From: Selaginella moellendorffii
Taxonomy: Eukaryota > Plantae > Lycopodiophyta
Direction: 5' to 3'
Length of the DNA: 64,000 nucleotides
Assembly: GCF_000143415.4 (NCBI RefSeq)
Contig: NW_003314284.1
Span: 850,693-914,692, forward strand
Part shown: piece by piece, positions 1 to 11,276 of the stretch
Numbering within the stretch: position 1 is the stretch's first letter
Layout: the number at the start of each line of letters is the position of its first letter
Translations under genes and position numbers: made by a program
Notes under the pieces: generated by a model
What the model was told of the DNA's origin: nothing
The model's input: the letters and a program-made list of their open reading frames with translations, nothing else
Databases searched by the model: none

Positions 1-367
1 GCGGGAGAGCAACAAAGCACGCGTGGTCTTCCGTAACACGGTCGCCGTGGCTGGAAGTATAAGAGCTGATCCCTCCAATCCTCAAAAAATGGAAGCTTTC
101 AACTCGATCTTGAGTGACGAGTTCCAGCGACAGTTCCGAGCTCTGGAGAACCTGGTCATGTTTGTGGATAACTATGACATGACTTTTCCTTGGCACTATG
201 ATCACTGCTGCAGCGATGGGGGGCACTATGGAGTTGCGCCTTCGTTGTCACCATGGTTTGGCACGATTGGCCACTATTACTTTGTTGATTTGGTGCTCAT
301 TCATGTGCTTCTTACCACCATTTGCTCTTACCCTGGCAAAACAAAAGTTAAGACTGATCATAAGTGA
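1..367 (+). CDS. 3' end of an SGNH/PC-esterase (NXPE-like, At3g06150-family) protein; begins before the window
   Basis: Frame is open from base 2. NPQKMEAFN, VDNYDMTFPWHYD, DGGHYG (DxxH) and HYYFVDLVLIHVLL are near-identical to the C-terminus of the next gene. Confidence 0.85.
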   Translation, partial: RESNKARVVFRNTVAVAGSIRADPSNPQKMEAFNSILSDEFQRQFRALENLVMFVDNYDMTFPWHYDHCCSDGGHYGVAPSLSPWFGTIGHYYFVDLVLIHVLLTTICSYPGKTKVKTDHK

Positions 368-591
368 GTTTCAACAAAATGTTACCTCCAATGTCATCTC
401 GACTGCCAGCTCCTCTAGGAAGCTAGGATTTCATTCTCTTAACGTCAGATACACCAAATCCATATAAATGCTCAAGCTCAAGCTAATTTCAAAGCACGCA
501 TGCAAAACTTACAGTACAAAGGTTGGAGAGAATGTTTGGCTTAACGGCCAGTCACTTTGGTAGCTGCTTCAATGAATCGCCTTTGAGGCAT

Positions 592-2215
592 ATGAACTCC
601 ACTATGAACGGAATTATTTTGATTTCTCTGGGTGCTTTCTTGTTGCTAGCACTGCATTTATGCACACCATTAAGTTACTACTCTGATTTGCTGTTCGAAT
701 TCAAAGACAGAGTACCTTCGATGTCGTCCCCCAACGCAAACAAGCGTTCGTCTTTCAACGAGTCTACAAGCATCTTCTTCAAGCGTTTCTCTGAGTATGG
801 CAAACAGGAATGTCACAACGTAAGTACTACCGCTGCTCTCTTCTTTGGGCTCCCTAGAGCAGAGAATGGAGGCGAAATTACCTTGTCCACTGATGTTCTT
901 CACAAGATTTGGATCGTCTCATATGCTGCTAGCGGAAACAGGAGATGCTTTGGAGGAGACTTCTACGAGACGGATCTCTCCAGTTAAGTTTGTTCTGAAA
1001 GTTTTTGTTCTCACGAATTTTCTATCATCTGTAGGTCCTCAATGGAAATCAAGGCCACCAATCACAGATGTCGGAGATGGCTCTTACCTCGTCGAGCTGA
1101 AAGTGGATGAGGAATTCGCTGGAAACTACACCTTCAAGGTTATCCTTCTATACTCCAACTTTCGTGGACTGGAGCATCAGCCGGGTCCATGGGCCCTTAC
1201 GAAAGAGATGCTAACCGTCCAAATCCGTTTTACTACCAGCCGAAAAAGAAATCCTCATCTTGCAACCTGCACCAGCCACGACTTCGTGTCAGCAACAACA
1301 TGGTCAGGCAAATGGACTAGAACAAAATTCAACGAGTCCTGTCAGCTCGACAAGGAAGGACGTTACCGTTGCTTGGGAGAACATGAGGAGTGCGATGACA
1401 GCCAATGCATTGGCAACCTTGAGAGCTTGGAGAGCAACGGATGGGTGTATTCAGCTCACTGTAAGTTCCGCATCTGGAACGCAGCCGATGCATGGAAGTG
1501 CTTGGACGGGAAGAAGCTCTTCTTCTGGGGCGACTCAAACCACCAAGACACAATCCGGAACCTCATGAACTTTGTTCTTGGTCTGAAGCAGGAATACATA
1601 GAACGGATCTTCATGGCCAACGTCACCAATCCATCCAATCCTGCACAGAATTTCAGCTTAGTATCGATCTTCAACGGACATGCAGATCCAAACCAAAACT
1701 TACTGGGTCTAGGCTCGCTCTACGTACCGGCATATCGTGATCTGGTCAAGAACGAATTCTTTCGTGGTCGAGCTCCGGACGCAGTGATCATAAACTCGGG
1801 CATCCACGACGGGCACGCATGGAAAAAGGTTCATCACTTTGCCACAGCAGTTAAGACTGCTTCGGCTTTCTGGAGGTCACTGCTGGAAAACAAGAGCAGC
1901 ACTCGTGTCGTGATCCGCAACACGATCACCCTCGCCGCAATCAAAAGAAGTGACCCCTCCAATCCCCAGAAGATAGAAGTCTTCAACTCCATACTGAGCA
2001 ACGAGTTCCAAAAGCAGCTGCATAGCCTGGAGAACCAGCTGATGTTTGTAGACGATTACGACATGACCTTCCCGTGGCACTACGATTTCTGCTGTAGCGA
2101 TGGTGGACACTATGGCATAAAGCCTGTGCTGGCACCTTGGTTTGACAGAGTTGGCCATTTTTACTTCGTTGATGTGATGCTGGCTCATGTCCTGCTCACA
2201 GCCATTTGCTCATAG
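592..2215 (+). CDS. Membrane-anchored SGNH/PC-esterase (NXPE-like, At3g06150/At5g19060-family) protein; exons 592-982 and 1035-2215
   Basis: N-terminal hydrophobic anchor. A GT-AG intron at 983-1034 joins GGDFYETDLS to SPQWKSRPP. FFWGDSNH (GDS), NSGIHDG and DGGH motifs are present. Tandem paralog of the upstream gene. The start could be 592 or 604. Confidence 0.88.
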
Positions 2216-2524
2216 TTAGAACAATGGTTTCCACCTACAAAAGATATAGAAAAGGTTACGCAAACTGACCTCAACGAGAAACTCCTTGTGATATCTAGTG
2301 AAGATCGCAAAAGAATATGAAAGTGGTTACTCATAGTTAGATTTCCACCTACAAAGAAATAGAAAACTTTACGCTCAAACGCAATGGAGGATATGTAGCT
2401 CGAGAAAATCCTTGTGATAGATCTAGAACTCTACCTACAAAAGAATAGATAAGTTTTACCTCAGGATATGTAGCTCGAAAAAATCGTTGTGATATCTAGA
2501 GAAGATCGCAAGGAATACGAAAGT
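2209..2524. repeat. Mosaic imperfect tandem duplications between convergent genes
   Basis: Blocks CTCATAGTTAGA, ACCTACAAA, GGATATGTAGCTCGA and TTGTGATATCTAG..GAAGATCGCAA each occur 2-3 times. Confidence 0.7.
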
Positions 2525-2541
2525 ACTGCGTCAGACTTATA

Positions 2542-4467
2542 TCACCTGCAAGAAACAAGAGTATAGAATTTCTTGCTCAACCCTTGGCCAGCCACGATCT
2601 GGAGGAGCTCTCGCGCCTCCTCCGATTCTCCGGCTCGGGAGAGCGCATCGATCATGAGCCAGAGGTGCTCCTTCCGCGGCGCCAAGCCATAATCCCCGCG
2701 CATCGACACGAAGCTATCCCTAGCCGCCGCTAGCAGCCCCAAATGGTTGCACGCAATGAGGCTACTCACGAAAGAGCTCTGGTCGGGCTCGATTCCCTCC
2801 ACCCGCATTTTAAAACTCTCCCGGCTGGACCCAAACCGGGCGTGCCCTGCCACGATGGTGTTCCAGGTCACCAAGTTCTTCTGGCCCGGTGGTATCCTCC
2901 CAAACGTCCGCGTGGCATTAACAATCTTCCCAGATAACACGTACGCGTGGACCAGCGTTGTCCACGAGACCACGTCCACCTCAGGCATGGCATCAAATAG
3001 CATCTTCACGAGATGCCAATCCAGCGACGCAAATGCCGCCAGCAGTGCGTTCCAGGATAGGATATTCCGCTGCGGCATTTGCCGGAAGAGCGCTGCCGCC
3101 TCTTGCGCGTCCCCCAGCTCGGCATTCATCGCGACCAGCGTCGTCCACGTCACCACGTCTTTGTCCGGCTGCTTCTGGAACAGGCTCCGCGCGCTTTCCA
3201 CGTGGCCGCCCCGGTGGCAGGCAAGGATAAGAAGATTCCACGACACAGTGCTGTGTTCTGGCATTGTGTCAAACAGATGCTTGGCATCTTCCAGATGCCC
3301 GGCCTGGGCATATTCGGTTAGCATCGCGTTCCACGTCGAGGCATCTTTTGTTCCCAAAGAGTCAAATGCTACCCTCGCCTGTTTGACCTCTCCCGCCAAG
3401 AAGAGCGCCTGGAGAAGCGCGTCCCAGGATCTAGAATCCCACTCGGGCATTCGATAGAAGAGATCTTTCGCGGATCGAAATTGCCCAGCGCGAGCGAGCG
3501 TCTGGATCATTGTTGTCCAGGTTGCGTGATCTCTCTCGGGCATCCGATCAAAGAACCCCTCCGCCTTTGCGAGACTGCCGCTCGTCCCAAGCGCTGTGAG
3601 CATCGCATTGAATGACACGACGCTCCACTCGGGCATCGACGAGAAGATCTTACTGGCGCGCTCGGGTTGCCCGTTTTGCGCGTATGCCTGAAGCAAAGCC
3701 GTCCACGCGAGAAGATCCGTCTGGGGGATCGAATCAAACAGCGATTTCGCTCGGCCTGGATCGCCCAGCTGGGCGAAAACCCGGAGAATCGCCGTGCATG
3801 AAACGATGTCGTGCTCGGGCATCGACTGAAAGAGACGCTGGCATTCGCCCAGATTCCCCTCGTCCAGACGGCCATTGAGGAGAAGCGTCCAGGTCTGGCG
3901 ATTCCAACCTGGAATCCCCAACAGATCCACGGCGTCGATGTGCCCACGCGAGACGTAAGCCGCCAGCATGGCATTCCACGTCACCAGGTTCTTCTCGGGC
4001 ATGGAATCGAACGCGCGCTTGGCTTCATCAAAATCCCCTCGTTTGGCAAATGCCTGAACAAGGCAAGTCCATGAGACAGTGTCCCATTCAAACATTTGAT
4101 CAAAGACAGACTTTACTTGATCGAGTTGATTGAGCTTCAGTAGCGCAGCTAGAATTGTATTCCAGGACACAAGATTCTTCTCCGGCATGCTCAAGAGGGT
4201 CTGTAAAGATTCTTCAAGATGCCCATTTACGGCATATGCCGAAGCCATGATATTCCACGAGAAGAGGTTTGGATGCTCGATACCGTGGAATGTCTGGCAA
4301 GCATCTTCGAGGCATCTGACACGGCCGTACATTTGGACTGTTAGATTTGCAAGGAATGTGTCACCTCGTACAGGACTGGTCTCGAGTTCTCTGTGAACTT
4401 CCCTGGCTTGAACTGGGGTTCTGGCATTTCGTAGACGAGATGCGAATTCGAGCTGGAGTTCTTGCAT
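2542..4467 (-). CDS. PLS-class pentatricopeptide repeat protein (short-motif array), ending before any E domain
   Basis: 641-aa ORF of about 31-aa repeats (F..MPE.DVVSWT..L.A.A..G). Terminal P2-L2-S2-like motifs (EGIEPDQSSFVSSLIACNHLG; PRKEHLWLMIDALSRAG), then stop. Confidence 0.9.
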   Translation of the reverse strand: MQELQLEFASRLRNARTPVQAREVHRELETSPVRGDTFLANLTVQMYGRVRCLEDACQTFHGIEHPNLFSWNIMASAYAVNGHLEESLQTLLSMPEKNLVSWNTILAALLKLNQLDQVKSVFDQMFEWDTVSWTCLVQAFAKRGDFDEAKRAFDSMPEKNLVTWNAMLAAYVSRGHIDAVDLLGIPGWNRQTWTLLLNGRLDEGNLGECQRLFQSMPEHDIVSCTAILRVFAQLGDPGRAKSLFDSIPQTDLLAWTALLQAYAQNGQPERASKIFSSMPEWSVVSFNAMLTALGTSGSLAKAEGFFDRMPERDHATWTTMIQTLARAGQFRSAKDLFYRMPEWDSRSWDALLQALFLAGEVKQARVAFDSLGTKDASTWNAMLTEYAQAGHLEDAKHLFDTMPEHSTVSWNLLILACHRGGHVESARSLFQKQPDKDVVTWTTLVAMNAELGDAQEAAALFRQMPQRNILSWNALLAAFASLDWHLVKMLFDAMPEVDVVSWTTLVHAYVLSGKIVNATRTFGRIPPGQKNLVTWNTIVAGHARFGSSRESFKMRVEGIEPDQSSFVSSLIACNHLGLLAAARDSFVSMRGDYGLAPRKEHLWLMIDALSRAGESEEARELLQIVAGQGLSKKFYTLVSCR

Positions 4468-4508
4468 TACTCACTAATAAACTCCCAATTTAATCTCGTG
4501 ACATAGAG

Positions 4509-6419
4509 ATGCAATGCAGCCAACAAGATCCAAATCACTCCATCTACACAGACTACTTTGCGACACTCCTCCGGGCCTGTGGGAGAAGCAAAGATCTCGC
4601 GCATGCAAGACGCATCCACGACCGGCTGGCGCAAAATGGAGAGATTACAGATACCTACATTGCCAACTTGGTTATCGAGATGTACGGCAAATGCCAGAGC
4701 CTGTGCGATGCGCGTTCCGTGTTTGATTCCCTGGAATCCCCCAATGTATTCTCGTGGAACATTATCATTGCAGCATATGCCCATAATGGGAATCTTGAGG
4801 AGGCTAAGGCGATGTTTGATCGAACGCCCGAGCCAAACGTTGTGTCGTGGACGACGATGCTCCAGGCATATGCCAAAACCGGGCACCTTGAGGAGGCAAA
4901 GTTATTCTTTGTCTCTATGCCAGAAACAAATGCAGTGACGTGGACGACTATGATCAGCCTGTACGTGCGGTCTGGATTGCTGGATGACGCAAAACACATT
5001 TTTGATTCCATGCCCGCGAAAGATTCCATCTCGTCAACCGCTCTTATGCAGGCATATTCCCAAAGAGGTTATCTTGAGGGAGCAAAGCAAGTTTTTGATT
5101 CCATGCCGAGCCACGACGTGGTTGCCTACACAGCTTTGCTACAAGTCTATGCGGATTTAGGGTTTGTTGAAATGGCAAAGCATGTGTTTGATTCTATGCC
5201 GTCTCGCAATGTGGTTTCCTGGAACGCCATGATGCGAGCATATGCCGAAACCGGGCATCTGGATCGAACACTCAACCTCTTTCTGAAAATGCCCGAGCGG
5301 AATGTTATTTCCCACACAACAATGCTCACGGCATATTCGGAAAACGGCTACGTGGAAGAGTCGCACAGGGTCTTTGCCGGGATGCCCGAGTACGACATGG
5401 TCTCGTGCAATGCGCTCATCCAAGCCTACAACGAAGCTGGAGACGCATATACCGCGGATCTTCTCTTTGAGGCCCTGCCGTTTAGAGACACGGCATCTTG
5501 CAGCGTCATGATCGCCGCATATTCCCGCTCAGGGCATATTCACCGGGCCAAGGATGTGTTTGATTCCATGCCGGGGTGGAACATCCTGGCGGTAAATGCC
5601 ATGATCGCAGCATATACCCAAAGCCGAAGCCTTGAATATGCCAAGAATCTCTTCGACAACATGCCCGAGCACGATGCCGTGGCGTGCACGAGCCTCATGA
5701 CAGCATATTCCCATGCCGGGCATATCCAAGGCGCAAGGCTGGTGTTTGATGCCATGGCCGACGAGAACCGCAGCTTGGTCACCTGGAATGCCATGGCTGC
5801 GGCATATGCCCAGAATCTAGAGCTGGAGAGAGCGATCGCCCTCTTTTGTGAGATGCCTGAGAGGAGCGTCGTGTCGTGGACGAGCATGATCTACATCTTT
5901 GCATCGAGCATGCGTCTGGATCTCGCGATCAAGCTATTCGATCGGATGCCCAAGCACAATGTGGTCGCATGGAACTCGATCGTCCAGGCATTCTCGGCGT
6001 TTGGAGATGGGTTCCAAGCGCTCGCCCTCTTCCGGATGATGGTGCTTGAGGGGTTTGATCCAGACGAGATCACCTTCACGAATGCGCTGGTGGCTTGCAA
6101 CCACATTGGCCTCGTCGAATTGGGGCTGGCGTTCTTCCTTCTCATGAGAGATTTCGGTGTCTCGCCCCAGAGGGAGCACTACTGCTGCCTGGTGGACGTC
6201 CTGGGGCGATCTGGAGAGCTCCAAGATGCCGAGGATTTGCTAGCGAGCATGCCATTCGAGCCGGACAAGATGGCGTGGGGGGCATTCCTTGGGGGCTGTA
6301 AGATCCACAAGGAGATCAAGGCAGCCACAAGAGCAATGCCCAGGGCGATGGAAATTGGGAGCTCCACAAACTCTGGAGCGCCATGCGTTCTTCTTTCCAG
6401 CATTCTTCCAACGAGCTAA
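4509..6419 (+). CDS. PLS-E class pentatricopeptide repeat protein (candidate organellar RNA-editing specificity factor, no DYW)
   Basis: 636-aa intronless ORF with a short-motif array, then EGFDPDEITFTNALVACNHIG, EHYCCLVDVLGRSG and MPFEPDKMAWGAFLGGCKIH (E1). No DYW domain. Confidence 0.93.
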   Translation: MQCSQQDPNHSIYTDYFATLLRACGRSKDLAHARRIHDRLAQNGEITDTYIANLVIEMYGKCQSLCDARSVFDSLESPNVFSWNIIIAAYAHNGNLEEAKAMFDRTPEPNVVSWTTMLQAYAKTGHLEEAKLFFVSMPETNAVTWTTMISLYVRSGLLDDAKHIFDSMPAKDSISSTALMQAYSQRGYLEGAKQVFDSMPSHDVVAYTALLQVYADLGFVEMAKHVFDSMPSRNVVSWNAMMRAYAETGHLDRTLNLFLKMPERNVISHTTMLTAYSENGYVEESHRVFAGMPEYDMVSCNALIQAYNEAGDAYTADLLFEALPFRDTASCSVMIAAYSRSGHIHRAKDVFDSMPGWNILAVNAMIAAYTQSRSLEYAKNLFDNMPEHDAVACTSLMTAYSHAGHIQGARLVFDAMADENRSLVTWNAMAAAYAQNLELERAIALFCEMPERSVVSWTSMIYIFASSMRLDLAIKLFDRMPKHNVVAWNSIVQAFSAFGDGFQALALFRMMVLEGFDPDEITFTNALVACNHIGLVELGLAFFLLMRDFGVSPQREHYCCLVDVLGRSGELQDAEDLLASMPFEPDKMAWGAFLGGCKIHKEIKAATRAMPRAMEIGSSTNSGAPCVLLSSILPTS

Positions 6420-6422
6420 AAC

Positions 6423-6484
6423 GAGAGCCCAGGGTTTAAGGATTGGGGTTCTTGAGAGCTCAGGGTTTAAGAATTAGGGTTCTT
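6423..6484 (+). repeat. 31-bp tandem duplication with telo-box-like motifs filling the PPR-panC gap
   Basis: GAGAGCCCAGGGTTTAAGGATTGGGGTTCTT is followed by GAGAGCTCAGGGTTTAAGAATTAGGGTTCTT, then ATG 6485. Confidence 0.85.
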
Positions 6485-7620
6485 ATGGCGATCGTGGGGG
6501 AAAAGGGGGCGATGCGGCAGTGGTCGAGGTCCCAGCGCCAATGCGGGAGGCGGATCGCGCTGGTGCCGACGATGGGATTCCTACACGAAGGTCATCTGTC
6601 GCTGGTGTCCGAGGCGAAGCAGCGAGCGGAGAAAGTGGTGGTGTCGATTTATGTGAATCCCGGGCAATTCGCTCCCGGGGAAGATCTGGATGTTTATCCC
6701 CGCGATTTCGATGGCGATGTCGAAAAGCTCAAGGTCCGTCTCAAGAATTATCGCTTCTCTCTCGCATTTTCTTTTCCTTTTCTTTTTGGAGCAGCCACTT
6801 GGCGTGGACATCATTTTCAATCCACGCGACTTGTATGTCCGAGACTCACCCGAGAAGAATGGCGCCGGCCACGAGACTTGGATCCGGGTGGAAAACTTGG
6901 AAAAGCCTCTTTGCGGTGGAAGCCGTCCATTGTTCTTCAGGGGTGTTGCTACCGTGGTGTCAAAGCTTCTCAACATTGTGGAGCCGGACGTGGTCGTGTT
7001 TGGCAAGAAGGATTACCAGCAATGGCGAGTCTTGTCTCGCATGGTAAGCTCCATCGTTTTCTTCTCTTCCATTTCTTTCTTTCTTTCTTGGTCTTTTCGA
7101 TTCAAACAGGCTGACGAATCTCTTACCTTAGCTTAGGTGAGGGATTTAGACTTTGGAGTGGAGGTGGTCGGCTGCAAGCTCGTAAGAGAAGCCGATGGCC
7201 TTGCAATGAGCTCCCGGAATGTGAGACTCACTGCCACCGAAAGAAAAAATGTAAGTCCTACATTTGTTTCATTTCTAGTTATTTGTCTCCTGAGTTCCAG
7301 TCTCTTTCTTTGGCTCAGGCTTTGGCGATCTTTCATTCGCTCAAGAGGGCTGAGGAGCTCGTGAGATCCGGCGAGACGGATTCCAGTGTTCTCATAGAAC
7401 AGGCAGTGAGTGCCATCAGCCATGCCGGTGGAAGAGTGGATTATGCAAGCGTAAGATTTATTTGCTCGGCTACTTAGTTCTCTAACGCTTTTGTGTTTAG
7501 ATTGTCGACCAAGAAACACTGCAGAGTGTCGATAAAGTGGCGAGCCCATCAGTGTTTGCAATTGCTGCGTGGTTTGGTAGTGTTCGTCTCTTAGACAATG
7601 TTGAGCTTCCTAATAGCTAA
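6485..7620 (+). CDS. PANC: Pantoate--beta-alanine ligase (pantothenate synthetase); exons 6485-6733, 6795-7043, 7137-7250, 7319-7450, 7501-7620
   Basis: Motifs [58 protein letters not shown] and VRLLDN. Four GT-AG introns keep the frame. Confidence 0.96.
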
Positions 7621-7829
7621 GCTATTATGTTCTTCATCTTGATTGCCAGGAAGAACATCTTTAGAAGTTGTCCACATTGCGGACCTATTTTTCAGAATCC
7701 AAAGTCAAATAACGGGGCCTCGGAAGTTTCTAAACGATCACTTGCAGACTTTGCTTTTATCTACAATCTTCATGCCGAAGGCTATAAATTGCTGTGCAAT
7801 GCCCTTGAAATTTGTGTGGATTCAATCGT

Positions 7830-8471
7830 CTTCACAGATCCTCTCAGCTGGGCGATATCCATCTCAATCACAGGTACAAAGCACCATATTCTTTTCATTC
7901 GTTCATTCGAACTCTTTTCTTCGTTTTTTTTCAGAGTCGTGCCACTTACAAGACGTCGATCGTATAATTACCTGCCACAGCCGCAAGCTGCGGTGTATCG
8001 AGGGGGATTGCTCATTGCCGAAGCTACTGCAGTCTCTACCTCTGGATTGGGGTACGTGGATTTGTTTTCTTTCTTTCTTGTCTCTTTTCTACTGGAATGA
8101 TGACATTTTGATTTCTGGCTCGTGTAGATGTCCAAGCACCCCGGGATATGGTCTGACCCATTGTCAGGTGCATGACTCCTTCAAATCTGGCATGTTGTTT
8201 CTCACACATGTAAGTTTTACCTCCCTTCTCATCTTTTTTCTTTTCTTTTTGATGGATTTTCTCTTTGCGAAGCTTACCAGCCTCACCAAAGCGCTCCAAT
8301 TTCATCCACCAGCAAGCAGGCTTCTGGGAAGGTTCTACTTCCAAGAAACCGACCTCTGCACTCCACGGTACCTTGGAAACTCCCAGTCTAGTGGAAGACT
8401 TTTTAATCGCTGCACAAAATGCCATTCGTGCAGGAAAACACGAGATTAAATCTCATGAAACTCTGAATTGA
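7830..8471 (+). other. Possible spliced gene fragment or UTR with introns, product unknown
   Basis: Intron-like segments 7874-7934 and 8052-8127 (GT..polyT..AG) separate exon-like blocks. One frame reads through both junctions, but no start codon or family was recognised. Confidence 0.3.
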
Positions 8472-9559
8472 TTCACAGCGTCAGGTTGATGTTTGAACGG
8501 TTGTTTTTCTGCTTGGCAGTGCTGGAAATGTGATTACGTATGGTTTTAACACTGCAAGTGGTTTATCTGCAAGAAAGAGCATTCACCTACATATGGTGCT
8601 CAACTTTCATATTAGTGAGTTTGTCCCATCTTATTTGAGATGGATCATCCAAAGCGGAAGATTATGCAAGATACGTTGGGACAAGTTTATTATGCAGCAA
8701 ATTTCTGAACAACTGAAGCAAAATATCTAAATAGTAAAAAGATGTTTTGCTGGAAAGTTCATCCCTGTAGGACAAGTCTAAAGCTTTTTTAAATTTTAAG
8801 TTAATTACATTCTTTAATTGGAAAGGTTTTCCTTTCATGTTACATATTGAGATTTAAGAGAGCATAATTGTCATGTTTATCTTGTTTTATAACAACTTTA
8901 AAAACATAATCCTTTTGCAAAATTAAAAAATATTTTTTTTATAGTTTTTAGGTTATGTATCATTTCTAATACAACCCTACCAATAATATCTGGTATTTAT
9001 TTTGCATTATGAATTTCTATTAAAATTGTATTCGATATTTCTCCAAATTTTTTATACAGCTTATCATAAAATACCCTTTTTATTTAGTTTTCTATTTTTT
9101 AAAGGGTTTTCTAGGTTTTGAAGTACATCAAATTTTTTATCACTCTCTCAAGTTATTAATTGAATAATTTATACCATTGATCAAATTACTCAATAAATTT
9201 GTGAATCCATTTCTTTATGTATTACTTCAATTCAACATTGTAATTATTGATTTCTTTAGTTTTGGAGTAAAGATATACTCACTATATGTACTATATAGTG
9301 AAGTGTAATTGAATGTTATCAAAGTTTATCATAAAAATCCTAGCCTTAGCAAAACACTTAGATTAACTATTTTAGTAGTTTCAAATACATTCATGTAATA
9401 CATTTTAGTAGATAAAAATTCTTTAATTCTTCATCTAGTTTTTTTTAATTACTTTATTTTGTCTTCTTTAATTAATTCCTATTGCTTCAAGATTTTGAAA
9501 TTTATATTTATAGATTTTCTTACTAATCTTTTACTTTCTTAAAGATTTAAGATAATTTT

Positions 9560-9598
9560 GTTGTGGTTGACCATTTTTCTAAAATAACACATTTCTTG
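9560..9598 (+). mobile_element. Heavily AT-shifted Ty3 integrase relic
   Basis: Translates VVVDHFSKITHFL, matching the integrase motif VVVDRFSKMAHF. Confidence 0.55.
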
Positions 9599-10229
9599 CT
9601 ACTGAAAGATAATTGATAAAAGAGTAACTAAGTGAACTTGTTTTAGATATTTTTTTAATCATCATACTTAAAAGTTTAATTCTCATTTTACTCATACTTT
9701 TAAAGAATTTAATTGATGATATCCACATTTATACAATATTTAAATTGCCATTCAAAACTTATAATTAAAGGCAATGAGAAAAGAGGATGATACATTTGTC
9801 ATCTTTGTATATTTATTAAAGTTTTATAAATAATAATGTCAAACTTTTATTCATAAAATTTAAACTCAAGACATATTTATAGGCATTTAATGTATACCTA
9901 CATTATATTCCTAGATTAGTTTGAGATTTGACTTTTATTTAACTTTTCTAAAACTAAAATTTCTATTAACTTTATATTCAAAGTGTTAAAATGATATCAT
10001 TTTTATTTTTTTATTTTTTTCCTCAATAGTTTTTGTCATTTTCTTTTCTCTTAACAATAAATTCATAATGTTAAAGATGAGTACTTGTCATGTAAACTAC
10101 TTTACATTTTTCTTGGTCATCCAAATAAGCAAAGAAAGTCTACATATATGATATCAACTCATTTTGTATGATTATATCAATTAACGCACTAATATGCTCC
10201 TCCTCAGTTTACAACTCCCTCATATAACT

Positions 10230-11275
10230 TAACCAAGGATAAAAGAGATAACCATTCCCTTTACATACCCAATTAACCTTTTTATGTTGAAACTCTAGAT
10301 TATTTCATGATGCTAGTGTTCGGTCAGTGCAATTGGTGTTAGCCTAGTCATAAAAACTATCTCCAATTTGGTTAAAGTGTAAACTTCCTTAACATATTCT
10401 AGATCTTATCAAAGCAAAGATGTTAACAAGTTAATAGCATGAGCCTCCTTGGACTTAATTGATTTAAAGCCATCAAGTTCTACAACCTTTCCCTTAAGGT
10501 CACGAACATATATGTACGACTCCACAAAATTTTTCTTTTATAGCTCTCCCAACACTAGTATGATCCAGGAAATGTTGAAGAGGCATATCAAATTAGGTGC
10601 AAGGTTAGTCAATATGTTTAACTTCAAGTGTGCAAGTTGAGTACAGATTGTTTTCCCTAGTTTGAAGGACCCTTTGTCAAGACATAGAGCCAAAAGAAAA
10701 ACCTTCAGACACATATGATAGGATATATGGCAGCCTATCAAATATCCACACCACCTTGTCTTGCAACTCTTTTTGAGGTTTTGATTGCCACTCCTTATAT
10801 GCCACATAACTTCTTGTAACCATTTCACTTCTACTAAAAATACTGAATATTCTTCTTCTATCAGGTACATAATATTATCTAGCCTTTTCTTTCTTATAGA
10901 TGTACTAACCTTAGTGTTCCTTGATGTCCTTACTAGTAACATTCTAAATAGGTAACACATGATTGATTCAAATATAGAGATGTTCTAAAATAGTATCAAA
11001 GGATCCTCTATTTGCTTCTACCATTGATCATGCATATCCAAAAAATGATTGATCAAAAGCAAAATCTTTATATAGTAATGATCTAGTTCTCCATAAATAA
11101 AAACTCTATTTAATGCCTCTAGCTTGGCATAAACCCATAGGGCCACTAGTATCTTCAAACTTTTAGGAATGGTCTCCAAAGGTGAAGTTGAGGGAAGATC
11201 TTGTGTAGTAATATAAGTCTCATATAATTTTTCTTGGATAATGACTCAAATTTCTTGTGGCAAGTAAACATCCCA
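10230..11275 (-). pseudogene. Decayed intronless gene (about 350 codons) of unknown family, interrupted at its 5' end by the chromovirus
   Basis: One frame reads WDVYLPQEI*VIIQEKLY... into ORF 10538-10960 and beyond. Only 3 stops occur in the first ~245 codons of AT-rich DNA. The lower boundary is approximate. Confidence 0.6.
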
Positions 11276-11276
11276 C

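Noticed and set aside
845-1034. N-terminus of the 456-aa ORF starting at 845
   Set aside because: It runs through the intron in the wrong frame; the real exon 1 is in the 523-987 frame.
2743-6477. Many overlapping and antisense ORFs within the PPR genes, and similarly within GPDH
   Set aside because: Shadow frames of GC-rich coding sequence.
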